From Mytilus californianus (lineage: Eukaryota): DNA of 64,000 bases. Within the stretch, counting starts at the first letter, position 1. Each line of letters opens with the position of its first letter. Shown piece after piece: positions 39,743 through 52,645 of the stretch. The notes beneath the pieces are model-generated. The model was not told the DNA's origin. It did not search any database and worked only from the letters and a program-made list of their open reading frames with translations. The stretch is taken from contig NW_026262674.1 in assembly GCF_021869535.1 (NCBI RefSeq), forward strand, positions 1,364,001 to 1,428,000, in the 5' to 3' direction. The position numbers and the translations under genes were made by a program.

Positions 39743-40203
39743 TACATCATGTACATGTACAGTTTAAAATTATGAGATTATATTCTTTAATTATCATGAT
39801 TATGCATTAGACTGACTGATTTTAGAAATAATTTCAGCTAGTAAATGTTTAGAATTTCATTCAACAAATGGATTCTCAATATTTTTATTTTGTTTATTTC
39901 TTGTAATAAATTCTTACTTAAGTTATTTACACTTTGACTAATAAAAGTTTTAAAACGATCGATCGTATGTGTTTCAAATACTGTTAGCCGTTTTCCTATA
40001 TTTAACTATAAGTCTGGTATATATTAGTAATTCTTTTATTCTTTTATGTTGACAGTGCACATTATCATAGTATTTTTCAAAGGCAAACATCAAATTTCAC
40101 TCTTTACAAAGAACCGGCCAAATAACAAATTCACTACTTCATGTATTTAGTATATAAAATGCTGGTGATGGCAAACTAGTCATTTCTATAGAAATAGGCT
40201 ATT

Positions 40204-40513
40204 GGCTTGAACATGTTTACATGTTCACACGAAATTCGAATTCGATTTGCATTAACTAATTGAATTAGTTTAATTCGCATTCAAAATGTTTTACGTCCGA
40301 ACGTTAATTCTAATTCGAATTGCAATCAAATTCACTTTACTGTCCGAACGACGTTAACTTTTAGTTCGTATTAACAAAAACGCATTTTTAATGTGAATTA
40401 GCCAATTCGAATCAATTCGAATTAAAAAAGAAGAGTGTGTGAACGTGATTAGCGAATTCGATTCCCATTTGATTCAAGTTCAACTCGAATTAAAAGTACG
40501 TGTGAACGAGGCA
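40204..40513. mobile_element. MITE rich in ttcgaa motifs
   Basis: tgttcacacg / cgtgtgaacg inverted termini; left end degenerate. Confidence 0.45.
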
Positions 40514-41074
40514 TAAGATATTTTTATCAGATCAGGCAAAATAAATATCAGTTTAAAAGGAATAATTACTCATCAGGTTTATATTACACACACAAAAATA
40601 ACAAAAATGCTTAAGACACAAATTAAGGCACATAAAGAGTTAGTAAAGTTAGTTAAAAACCAATATTGTAAACTCAGAAATTATTGGATGCATTTATCAT
40701 GTTTATTATTGAGATTTTTAAGAATTAACTAAAATTGAAAGTTAAATAAGTTAATATTTTAGGAAAAGCCACATTCAGATGTATTTCATGTATTTAATAA
40801 TTTTTTGATATCAGAATGCTTCTTAATTATCATGATTATAATGATTTTTATTCAAGTAGTAGCATTATTCACATTGATAAAAACCTTGCAATAATTTCTG
40901 AATTTACAGTAACTACTTTTAAAGAATGTCATTTATCTATTATAGACTAAAAAAATATCAGCACACATGTATGCAACATCCAATGGATTTAGTGTAAAGA
41001 AAACATGAACATGACCATGTGTAATGTCAAAATAATGAAAATTGCAAAATGTACCACACTGATAAATTATATAA

Positions 41075-41918
41075 GGCCAAAAAAAAATATATGTCTGTTT
41101 AAGGTTACATACTTTAAAAATATAGGGTAGGTAGTCGGTATTTCCATTTTATTTTATTTTTTCATTTTATTTTTTGTGACATGATTTTGAGTCATGCCGT
41201 TTTGTCTTGTCGTGGTCCGAGTTGATCATGGGCCGAGTTACCCATATTTTTAATGATTAGAATATTTCCCTTGGTAATTGGTTGGAAAAAAATGGTGGCA
41301 AAGTGTTTATTTCATCACACGAGTTGCGAATTTCCTTAAAACAGCTGTCACATTCACGATTGTGAACATTGGGATGTATCAGGCAATTGATTTAAATTAT
41401 TTGCAACACTAACTTCGCTTTTGACACGAGTTCAGTTAATTAAAATGACTTAGGGTCGGTGCTCAAAAGAGGGACGAAAGATACCAGAGGGACAGTCAAA
41501 CTCATAGATCGAAAACAAACTGACAACGCCATGGCCAAAAATAAAAAGACAAACAGACAAATAATCGTACATATGACACAACATAGAAAACTAAAGACTA
41601 AGCAACACAAACCCCACCAAAAACGGGGGGTGATCTCAGGTGCTCTGGAAGGGTAAGCAGATCCTGCTCCACAAGTGGCACCCGTCGTGTTGCTTATGTT
41701 ATTACAAATCCGGTAGATAGTCCAATTCGGTAGGTCACATTCGTGAAAAGGGAAGGGTATTGTAGTTACGACATAAGGAACATATCCGATATCATCTGTG
41801 AAAAGGTTATTCTATAATGGTCAACCAACTCGTGATGGTGTCCGTAAAATTTACGAAGGGATGCATTAAAGTAGGGTCGGTCGGGTAACCGTAAACAGAC
41901 ATATATTTTTTTTTGGCC
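41075..41918. mobile_element. PIF/Harbinger-type MITE with a nested retro-fragment
   Basis: TIR ggccaaaaaaaaatatatgtctgttta.ggttac; 3-bp TSD taa at 41072-41074 and 41919-41921. Confidence 0.75.
41465..41865 (-). mobile_element. 3' fragment of a non-LTR (possibly Penelope-like) retroelement
   Basis: Minus strand reads LRKFYGHHHELVDHYRITFSQMISDMF, an RT C-terminal motif I recall from bivalve repeats; the class assignment is tentative. Confidence 0.45.
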
Positions 41919-42300
41919 TAATAGTTATTTTGTACACTGAAAAAAGGAATATTAAAATCAAGGATAGTTTTAATCAACAATGATCAAGTACAAATGTATA
42001 CAAATCCTTGTTTTAATTAATTCTTTAAGAAAATATTCATTTAGGTTACAGATTAAAAGTTTAAATTCTAAGAGCAATCATACATTTGAAAAAAAATATT
42101 TGTAAAACTGTGTTATAAGCATTATACATGTTATAAGATATGCAAAAACATGTTTTAAGTTCATTTAATATTTACATACATATTTGCATTAGAAGCTTGT
42201 GAAGCTGAAATTTAAAAAAAAAAAAGTTGATCTTTGCTGCATATTGCATGTATTGATAAAGAAATTGGAAAATTCATATACATCATTAATATTGTACATA

Positions 42301-43428
42301 CCCGTATGAAATTATAAGGCGTATTACGCCTGGAAATAAGGCGTAAACCAGGCGTAAGTGGTACTTACGTGTCTAGATCCAAGCGTAAGGGAGCAGGAAA
42401 CGTAAATTTGAAGTCCTTACGAGCGTAGAAAAAAAATGGTAAACCTGGCGTAAATTGAAATAAGCAAGGCGTAAATTTTCTTACGGGCGTAAAACTGTTG
42501 GTATGGCGTAAATCATAATACCCATAATGCTTTGTTTAAAGGATCAAGGGAATTTTTTTCAAAATTTGGCTCTTTGGTTTTAGTTTGCAAGAGTTGGACT
42601 TATGGCAGCTTCATATGTTCAGGGATAATTAGCTTGTTTTGTGCTTTTTGAAAGAATTTGAAATTGGAAATGTGGAATCAAATTGATTAATAAAAATTGT
42701 GAAAAAATGGAAAGTAAAACATGGTAAATAATAATTATGTGAGTATAACCTAAGTTATTAAGTTTTAAGTTCTAATAAACAGTAATTTTGAAATCCCAAA
42801 ACCTGTAACCTTGGATAATAACATTAAAATCTTTTACATGAAGTTAAATTGCAGTATTATCATTATATTTTAAAGGACATTAATTTATAAAAAACTTAGT
42901 TAATTAAAATGCTTAAGTTTTATTTCAAGAAAAATTAATTGTCATAATTCTTATTTAAACTTTAAACTTATTTGAGCCAGTGGCAGTGTCTGTCTAAAAT
43001 GTATTTATTTATATATTAGCTTCTTCAATGGTTAATATTTCCAGTTTTATGTTAAACAATGAGAAATTAAAGCAACAGTACAGAAGTTTGTATTAAATAC
43101 ACAAAAGAACACAGCTAGGGTAATACACTGATTTGAAATAAGTGTACATTTTGTAGTATTATGTAAGGATATTACGCCTGGTTTATTTATTGACCAGGCG
43201 TACTCATTTGCATATTACACGTGGTTTTCTCTGGACCAGGCGTACTCATTTAAATATTACGCCTAATTTTACGCCTGGTTTCCGCCTCAGTTACGCTTGG
43301 TTTCCGCCTGGTTTACGCCTGGTTGACGCCTGGACATGCATTCCTTAAACACTGCAATGACGCCCGGATAAAGTATGATTTTTACGCCTGGTTTCCGTGT
43401 CATATACGGGCGTCACAGTTCGTACAGG
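42301..43428. mobile_element. MITE with inverted ccaggcgtaa arrays, flanked by TA
   Basis: ggcgtaa repeats on the left and ttacgcctgg repeats on the right; ta|cccgtatgaa and ttcgtacagg|ta. Confidence 0.6.
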
Positions 43429-44503
43429 TATACATGGTATACATACATAACATACAAACAAAATGTAAAGATTTGTCAGGTAAAACATTGTAGAGTGTGA
43501 CGTGTTTCACATTGTCGTTAGCCATGTTAGCATGTTACAATTTTCCATAATTTATCTATTTTTTTTGCATTAATTATTTAATCTTTGCTGCATATCAATC
43601 GAGTCCATTTGAATTTTTCTCTTGAACTTCTCTAATCCTGCTAAATACATGTAGGGACAATTGGCGTGTTCCAGAGAGGTATATACATAATAAAGAGGTT
43701 TTACTTTATATATATATATATATATATATATTTAAAAAGAAGATGTGGTATGTGTGGCAGTGAGACAACTATCCATCTAAGTTACAAAGTTAACTTGTTT
43801 CTAAACACTTTTGCATATTGAAGCAAATAGAAGATGTTTAAACTATAATATGTATAATACATTTAAATAACTTTTACAAAATGATTTGGATGTGTTTAGG
43901 AAGCTGCCATTTTATGTGGATGTGTTTAACCATAGTTGCCAAGAACACTTTTCATGCCCCTGCAACTGAAAGTTAGGAGGAATACTGTTTTACCACTGTT
44001 GTTGGTTCGTACACCCAATTATGGGTTCTTATGTATAGATATTCCACATGACTCCTCTTACAGTTTGATTGCAACCTAGGTCAATCTTGGTTTAGTAACT
44101 GAATTTATTGTTCAATCATATTTTTTATAAAGTTGCATATCTATAATCCAAGCAAATCAGTTTGACAACTATCTTGAGGTCTTATCCCTAAATATGGGTA
44201 AGAAACTTCACATTAATAAGCAATGTTGTTGTCCATCAGATTGTCTCTTAATTTTTTTATGCAGACAGGCGAGACATATCTCTGAGTCAACAGTTTATTT
44301 ACTACAAAATGTATAATAAGAATATGTGACATGCGTGCCAATGAGAAAACTCTCCATCCAAGTTACAATGCATGAAAAGTTATAGGTCAAAGTACAGCCT
44401 TCATTTAACACGGAGCCTGTGAATAATGTTGACATTTACCAACATTCCTTTCCTTGTGAATAAAGAAGATGTGAGGATTACATCAATGAGGCAGTGCAGC
44501 ATA

Positions 44504-44688
44504 CAGTCAAACCTGTTTTAAGAGACCACTTAATGGAGAGCAAAAAAGTGGTCTCTTATTACAGGTGGTCTTTACATTTTAAAACAGATTCAATTTATAT
44601 GAAATATACTACAAAGGGATCTAAAATTGATGGTCTTTTGAAACAGGTTTTTGCTTAATACAGGTGGTCTCTTAAGCAGGTTTGACTG
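44504..44688. mobile_element. 185-bp Tc1/mariner-type MITE in the ZF3 intron
   Basis: TIR cagtcaaacctg..aagagaccac; TA on both sides; absent from the paralogous ZF2 intron near 24180. Confidence 0.85.
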
Positions 44689-44894
44689 TATATATATACT
44701 TCTTGTACATGTTGTATTATTAAATATATAGTATGGGATTAGAATTACCCAAACATACAGATGCATAAATGCAGAGAATGTCTAAATTGCAGAAAGGTAT
44801 CAAAAGGTTTATATGTCTTTATTTTTTTTGTGTTCCTTACAGAGTCGTTCAAGAACGCACATACTGGTCAGTGGAGATAAACATTATCAATAAG

Positions 44895-46073
44895 ATGTTA
44901 GAGGGAGGAGAGGATTTAGTCACACTCAACGGTACTCTACAGAGACACATAAACATACAGGCTGGTACAACACATCATAAATGTGATGTCTGTGCTAGAG
45001 AATTTAGTCAAAGAGGTCACTTAAAGAGACACTTGAAAACACATACTGGTGAAAAACCTCATGAGTGTGATGTTTGTTTTAGAAAATTTTCTCGCAGTGA
45101 TGACTTAAAGAGACATACGAGAACACATACTGGTGAAAAGCCTCATAAATGTGATGTTTGTGCTAGTGAATTTTCTCAAGGTAGTCAACTAAAAGCACAC
45201 ATGAGTACACATACTGGAGATAAACTTCATGGCTGTGATTTATGTGGTAAAGGGTTTAGTTATCTTAGTAGTTTACAGAGTCACATGAGAATACATACAG
45301 GCGTTAAACCCCATGAGTGTGATGTATGTAGTCAACGGTTTAGTCGGCGTTGGAATTTACAGATACACATGAGAACACATACAGGTGATAAACCTCATAA
45401 CTGTGATGTTTGTGATAAACGCTTTAGTCAGCATGGTTCTTTACGGATTCACATGAGAACACATACAGGGAATAAACCTTATGACTGTGGTGTATGTGGT
45501 ACAGGGTTTAGTCGGCATTGGAATTTACAGACTCACATGAGAACACATACAGGAGATAAACCTTATGACTGTGATGTATGTGGTAAAGGGTTTAGTGAGC
45601 AAGGTAGTTTACAGAGACACATGAGAATACATACAGGGGATGAATATGATAAACCTCATGACTGTGATTTATGTGGTAAAGGGTTTAGTCAGCTTGGTAG
45701 TTTACAGATTCACATGAGAACACATACAGGTGATAAACCATATGACTGTGATGTATGTGGTAAAAGGTTTAGTGAGCAGGGTAATTTACAGACTCACATG
45801 AGAACACATACAGGTGATAAACTGTATGACTGTGGTGAATGTGGTAAGGGGTTTAGTCATATTAGGAATTTACGGGATCACATGAGAATACATACAGGTG
45901 ATAAACCTTATATATGTGATGTATGTTGTAAAGGGTTTAGTCAGCATAGTAATTTACAGACTCACATGAGAACACACACAGGTGATAAACTGTATGACTG
46001 TGGTGAATGTGGTAAGGGGTTTCGTCGTATTAGTAATTTATGGGATCACATGAGAACACATACAGGTGATTAA
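44895..46073 (+). CDS. C2H2 zinc-finger protein 3 (13 fingers)
   Basis: 13 canonical fingers; ttacag acceptor ending at 44842, so the listed ORF start at 44769 is probably intronic; ATG at 44895 aligns with the ZF1 and ZF2 Met. Confidence 0.85.
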   Translation: MLEGGEDLVTLNGTLQRHINIQAGTTHHKCDVCAREFSQRGHLKRHLKTHTGEKPHECDVCFRKFSRSDDLKRHTRTHTGEKPHKCDVCASEFSQGSQLKAHMSTHTGDKLHGCDLCGKGFSYLSSLQSHMRIHTGVKPHECDVCSQRFSRRWNLQIHMRTHTGDKPHNCDVCDKRFSQHGSLRIHMRTHTGNKPYDCGVCGTGFSRHWNLQTHMRTHTGDKPYDCDVCGKGFSEQGSLQRHMRIHTGDEYDKPHDCDLCGKGFSQLGSLQIHMRTHTGDKPYDCDVCGKRFSEQGNLQTHMRTHTGDKLYDCGECGKGFSHIRNLRDHMRIHTGDKPYICDVCCKGFSQHSNLQTHMRTHTGDKLYDCGECGKGFRRISNLWDHMRTHTGD

Positions 46074-46730
46074 CCTTATATATGTGATTTATGTTGTAAA
46101 TGGTTTATTCAGCATAGTAATTTGCAGATTCACATGAGAACACACACAGGTGATAAACCTCATAACTGTGATGCATGTGGTAAAGATTTTAGATTGCTTG
46201 GTCATTTAAGAAGACACATGAGAACACATACCGGTGACAAACCTCATGACTGTGATGTATGTGGTAAACGGTTTAGTCAATATGGTAATTTAAAGAGACA
46301 CATGAATACACATACAGGGGATAAACCTATCGACTGTGATGTATGTGGTAAAGGGTTTAGTCTGCATGCTTCTTTACAGAGACACATGAAAATACATGCA
46401 TAGTAGTTTACAGATTCACATAAGAATAGATACAGGTGATAAACCTCATGACTGAGATGTATGTGGTAAACGGTTTACTAAGCTTGTTAGTTTACAAATT
46501 CACATGAGAACACATACAGGTGATAAACCACATGACTGTGATGTGTGTGGTAAAGGGTTTCGTCATCTTGGTAGTTTACAGAGTCATATGAGAACACATA
46601 CAGGCGATAAACCTCATTACTGTGATGTATGTGGTATATGGTTTAGTCAGCTTGGTAATTTACAGAAACACATGAGAACACATACAGATGATAAGCTGCA
46701 TGATTGTCGTGTTCGCGGTAATGTCAGTTA
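46074..46730 (+). pseudogene. ZF3 continuation: 4 intact in-frame fingers after a linker TAA, then a frameshifted tail
   Basis: 46122 is in frame with 44895; after the stop at 46401-46403 the finger frame shifts and contains a further TGA. Confidence 0.8.
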
Positions 46731-47539
46731 AAGAATAAACATGGTAAAGGGATCAAGTCAAGTTTGTAATTTACATCATCAGGGGTACTATTTTAACAAG
46801 TAATTTCATTATCACCTATTCCAGTGATTTTTTAAAAATAGGTATCACCTATTTAAGTGATTTTGGTGTTTCCTTTGATCTTTAAAAGCTAATTTTATTG
46901 ATTTTTCATATTTTGATAAACTTTTCTATTATTTTCCTTCTTAAATCAATTGCGCTAAAGCTTTTAAAAGTACCCTTGGGAATTTTTCTGTAATCAAATA
47001 TTCATTAACTACTCTAACTATCAGACAAAGGTCAACAATATTAGGTAACCTGATTGGTTTTTTAGAGTTTAAATGATCTACTTTAAGGTTATGTCCTGAT
47101 CTATAAATTATTCCAGTTTTTGCATGTTTTAAATAAACTGTAAAAACTGACAGGCTTATCAAGCAAAAGACAATTTCTGCATGTACATAGTTGTTTTTTC
47201 AATGGAATACATATCTTTTTACCAATAAAAAAATCAAACTTGTGGGAAAATCATCAAGAAAATGTTAAAAACACTTATTGAAGTGATTACATTTAAACTT
47301 CTCAAATTACTTGTTTCAGTGATTTTAAAAAGTCTGTGTCTATTTTTCTGAAATTTTTTAGTATTTCACAGCCAAAATTCACTCAAAGAAGTGATTTTGA
47401 AATCACTTGTTTAAGTAGTATGGTAACCCCTGACTGTCTCTACATAGAAATGTGAAAATTTGTATATATTATTTACCTGATGCATTATAATTCTTTGATT
47501 GTGGATCATTTCCAGCCCAAGTTGTGTCATGTAGTTGAT

Positions 47540-47765
47540 TAATAATACATATGGGAGAAGATTAATAATACATATGGGAGAAGATTAATAATACATATGG
47601 TAGAAGACTTTATAAGTTGGCAATCTGATTAATAATACATATGGGAGAAGATTATATAAGTTGGCAATCTGATTAATAATACATATGGGAGAAGACTTTA
47701 TAAGTTGGCAATCTGATTAATAATACATATGGGAGAAGACTTTATAAGTTGGCAATCTGATTAAA
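47540..47765 (+). repeat. 23/44-bp tandem repeat
   Basis: attaataatacatatgggagaag, with or without actttataagttggcaatctg. Confidence 0.8.
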
Positions 47766-48523
47766 ATTCAGATCTACCTTAACTCACGCATATGTAAGAA
47801 CTGAGATGCACAGTATACATGGTACAGAGGTTTTACTTTATCAGGGGTTAAAAAATTTTGTTACAGCTCACTAGCTCAGGACTTATTGGTAGCAGGATTT
47901 TACTAGCCCTGTTGAAAGAGCTGCTAGCCCATCAAAACTGACCTGCTAGCCCGAGTATACCTTACAAATTCAGAGTGGGTGTCCCTTGTTTTGAATGCGG
48001 CATTATACACGGTATTTGATAAAATAAATCAAATAAATTTTTGTTTTATTAATTATAACAAGGATCTCTAGACATCTTTTTGGATTTCCCTTGTACTATG
48101 GGTTGTTAAATATTTTCGGGCACAGAAAACATGTTCATTGGTCTTGTCATGTGAAACCAGTGGTTCAATTCGTATATTTGTTGTTCCCACATACAAAGCA
48201 GACTTTATTAGCGTGATCAGGGAAATAACGGCAATATTCACAAAACATCATCTCTTGTTTATCATCAGTAACAGTCGACCTTGTCCATGGGGAATCTTTC
48301 TGTCCATGACACTATAAATGTTTTTTTTTCCGCTTTTCCTGGTCGTATTTGGCATTTTTTGGGATAAATTTTCAGCCTCATTACCCCCTTCATCTACCGA
48401 TTTTCGTTTTGAAACTGACAAAGTTCCTGTGGTGGCCGTACTAAAATGTTTAGAAATAATTTGTGCATGGTTTCAAGCTCAAATTAACAGCTGTCCGACA
48501 AGACAGATCAATATCGATCATTA

Positions 48524-50065
48524 GGGGACGACCATTTGATATTCTGGCGGGGGCCAGGAGGATTTGTTTTGAATCGGTTATTCATTTTTGTAAACTAAGA
48601 GGACAGATTATTTATTTTCTGCACTGTTGAAGCAAGATTTTTCATTTTCATTAAAACAAGGGACTGATTATTTATTTTCATAACTATATTAATAATATTT
48701 GAAAACATGCAATTTTTAAATTCATTTTTTATTATAAATAATACATGTACAGTCAAGTCATTAATGTACCATTTAATCAGAATTAATCATCATCCTCTGT
48801 GGAAATGAATCTTCTGAATATTCCCAACTGCATATACATGTATTGCATACATACATGGTATTAGAGTTGGGCTGTGACTAGCCTCTATTAAAAGTATTGC
48901 CAAATATATTTATGCCGAGCGGAGCGAGGCAAAAAAATTTTGAAGGGTTTTGAAGCCGCTGAAGGCCCAAAGAAACTATAGAACAAATGATGCAAAATCG
49001 TGCTTTCTGGGCGTTCCCAGACCCTTTCTTATTCTGAAAATGCAAGTTCTGTTTTAATAATTTTTTGACAATATTTTGGTCTCAAAGCAAAATGTATAGA
49101 TTCAGCGTAAGACTTAAGTTTTTACAACATTAAAAGACCAATATGAAGAATAAAGTAAAAATGTAATTCACATAGTTAAGTATGTGGCTGCTGTTTTTTT
49201 TTTTTTTTTTTTTTTTTTGTTGTTTCAGCATGCAGAACTTAAATCTTTTATACCTGTAAATTATATGGGGTTTTATTAAAATTAAGTTAAGAGGGGGCTG
49301 ATTATCAGTGATGTAACTATGTCAAGTAATTTTTAATAACACATTTCAATTACAACTTGATGTAGCTCTTAACTGGGATACAATTTAAAGTAGTAATAAG
49401 TTGTAAAATTAGCTAAAAAGTCTTAAATAAAATAAAACTCATGATCAAGTTGAAAACAAAATTACTGAATCACAAAAGGAATGCAACACTAAGAGAATAC
49501 AGAAGGGCAATTAATGAACAAAAGACAAATTTAAAGAAACATTGATCCCGAAAAAACAGGTGGGGAGAACTTGCTTCTTGCAAACACTCGCTGTGAAAAC
49601 AATTTGATATGAAGACAAGCTTTTGGTTTTAAAATTTCCTACATAAAGGCATTTGCCTCAATGTAGTTACAGCCCTGTAATAAAAGTGAGGTAAGTGTTC
49701 CTGGGCCAATATAACTCAAGTTAAATGAAACCCATTTTCAGACATTTCAAGTATATCTAAATAATATTTATACCTTTATTATTAAAAGATTTGGGAAGTG
49801 TTTCCCGAATTTTTTTTTGAAATAAAGATGAATTTTATGAAGAATCTGGTGCCACTTCATACTTTCAAATAGCATTGATAAAATGGCTTAAAGACCTGCC
49901 GAGTTATTTATTTTCAATACATTGTAAGTCAGATTATTTATTTTCGAACTACCACAGAACAAACCATTTATTTTTGTGATTATCAAGGCTGAGTTATTTA
50001 TTTTCAAAATCCTCCTGCCCCCCCCCCCCCCCCCCCCCCCCCCAGAATATCAAATGGTCGTCCCC
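48524..50065. mobile_element. PIF/Harbinger-type MITE containing a nested MITE (48867-49677)
   Basis: TIR ggggacgaccatttgatattctgg; TSD tta at 48521-48523 and 50066-50068. Confidence 0.8.
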
Positions 50066-51590
50066 TTACATCATACACCCAAGAACAATTAATTGAAAAT
50101 CTCGGCATAAGCAATGTACAATACCCCCTGTACTGAGAAATTGATATTGAAAGTACGTGAATTGCGATCAATACACGATACCGGTACAACCAGAGTTAGT
50201 TGTTCTATTTTTAAAACATGTATAAAATCGGTTCAAATTCTTGGAATCCCGGATGACGTAATTGAATCTGATTGGCTAAGATAGAATAGTGATGAGGGGA
50301 TTTTCCACTTACTATTTTGGAAATGCCAAGAATTTGTTGTTACTAGTCCGTCGGGCATATTCGGTTACAAGTTTTTATTGCCCGAAGTGTAAAAGTCTAG
50401 TCCCGGGCGTCGGGCTAGTGGATATTTTAACCCCTGCTTTATATAATACCAGTAAATACGAAGATATGGTATGAGCGACAATGAGACAACTCTTCATCCA
50501 AGTCACAGTGTATAAAAAGTAGGCATTAGAAATTACATACATGTATGTTGTGCATGGAGTTATTCTTCATATAAGTTCAGTATGCACAAAGAAAGATAAC
50601 TCTAATTCAAAAGTGTTCCCATTACAAACTGATGCAGTAGGGTGACCAGTCAACGAATTTTATCGATTTGGCATAAAAGAATAACACACGGCTGTATTCA
50701 TGGCATTTGATATTATTAGAAAGAGATCTAGAAGAACAAGCCTCATCGAAATAATGATGTCGTCGTTGTGTACAGTGGTCAAATTTGGGTCAAAGGTCAG
50801 AGCTAAAATTTCAAGGAAAACGCATATATATATATATAGTCACGTTTAGACAACTGGTTGCCCCTACCTACATGTGTGTGCGTTTATATCAAAATGAATT
50901 CAAATATTGAAAAGGATTATACTTATAGTCTCTATATTTAGGACACATTATTATGTTAGTAAATATGGTTGAAGATTGACATTTGTACTTTTAGGGTGCA
51001 CATTGACAATTATCATTCATCTGAAAAATCATCGCAGTGATCTTGACCTATTGAAATGCCCAAAATTTGGATTTTTTTCTTAATATCCGATATAGGTGAT
51101 TTCCATAGATGCTTTTTTTTTTTTTTTAGATATTAACATTTATGAGTTGCTCTTCCAAAATATATTTTTTTCTGTCTATTGATCATGTTGATAGAAGCTG
51201 TTCGCATTGATTGTCTGAGGAAAAATCTAGTTTTCTTTTGGTGCGTGTGGAAGCACATACAATTGTATTCAGTTCCAAATCTGGTGTAATATTAACGTAT
51301 AATGAATTGAATTAGCAGGTCTGAGAATATCTTTGCTCTATAAAAATAAGGAAGACTGCAAACGGTGAAAATGGGGGAAGGTTGTCCGTCAAAGTTAAGA
51401 AAACTAAATGACTATAAGAAACAGGTTACTCGATCCATCTAATCTTACGCACTTATATATATACCTTATTGAGCATAAATTGGCCTACACCTAATTTATA
51501 AAAAACATTCTACAAAAAGGTAAATGTCAACAACATCAATCTAAAATATATATATCAGTCTGATTTCGTTATCCGTATATGAGCTTATAT

Positions 51591-51739
51591 AGACAATAAT
51601 AGTGCATTGATTTGACATATCAACGATATAAGGATGAGGCTTAGAAACGGGGAAATGCGAGGCTCTGTCGAGCTTTTTCCCCGTTTCGGGCCGAATCCTT
51701 ATATCGTTGATATGTCAAGTCAATGCACTATTATTGTCT
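51591..51739. repeat. 149-bp near-perfect palindrome
   Basis: Arms of about 45 bp (agacaataatagtgcattga.ttgacatatcaacgatataagga) with one mismatch, and a partly paired centre. Confidence 0.85.
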
Positions 51740-52645
51740 TTATACTGCAATCTAGAAAAAAACATTTTCAATTGTTGTTTAATGTGTAAATGCTATTTAT
51801 TTGATTTACATATTGGAAAAATCCCCCTTTAAAAAGGCCTTATAACGGTATCAGGCGGAGAAATAGACAACGCAATGAAATGTACATTACCTGTTGAAAC
51901 CCGCAATCGATGGTGAACGAATTCGTTTGAGAATGGACTAAAATATCAACAATAAGCAGAAAACATAATGATTTATAGGTTTCAAACAAAAAATATTAAC
52001 AAGTGAAATATGTTTTTCCAAAAATTGTAAAAGAAATAAGTTTGGGTCGTTCCACGCTTCATTCATGATTGTATACATTGGAAACAAGAACAGGTTGAAG
52101 AGGTCGTATGAAAAATTAAATATAGTTTCGGCAACTTCTATTTAAATATTCATGAGGAAAAGTGATATCGGGTCAGTGACTGTATATGACATAGCAATAT
52201 ACAGTCAACGCATTTTGACTGCTCAAATAGAACGAGTGCAGTATAAATATATATACGAGCACGATAGTAATAATAGATTAGAATTTTGTCAGATCATGGA
52301 AGTATTATATAATACTTCTATGGTAAGATTTATCATTAAAATATAACCGAAAAATTGCCTAAGCTAGCAATTCAGTTATTGTAACGTTTCATTGTCTTCT
52401 AGCTGTTAAGTAAGTTGAAAGCCCACCGACCTGGTTTAGGTTCAAGAGCTAATTTCAGTTGTTCCTTTTTAAATCGCACTTGAAGCAAGTCGCAGAATGC
52501 GAGGCATATAGCATACATTATGATGGTAGATGCGGCAACACTGTAAACTATTTGTATATCGTTATATATCTGAAGGTAAAGGAATACGATTATCAAACTT
52601 TGTATATAGATGCACTGTGTTACGAAGTTCTCGTCTGTCATATAA

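Noticed and set aside
44769-44842. Listed N-terminal extension MQRMSKLQ... of ZF3
   Set aside because: It overlaps the pyrimidine tract and the conserved intronic block before the shared acceptor.
46780-47432. Possible MITE with caggggt / acccctg ends
   Set aside because: The inverted match is short and no TSD was found, so it is not listed as a feature.
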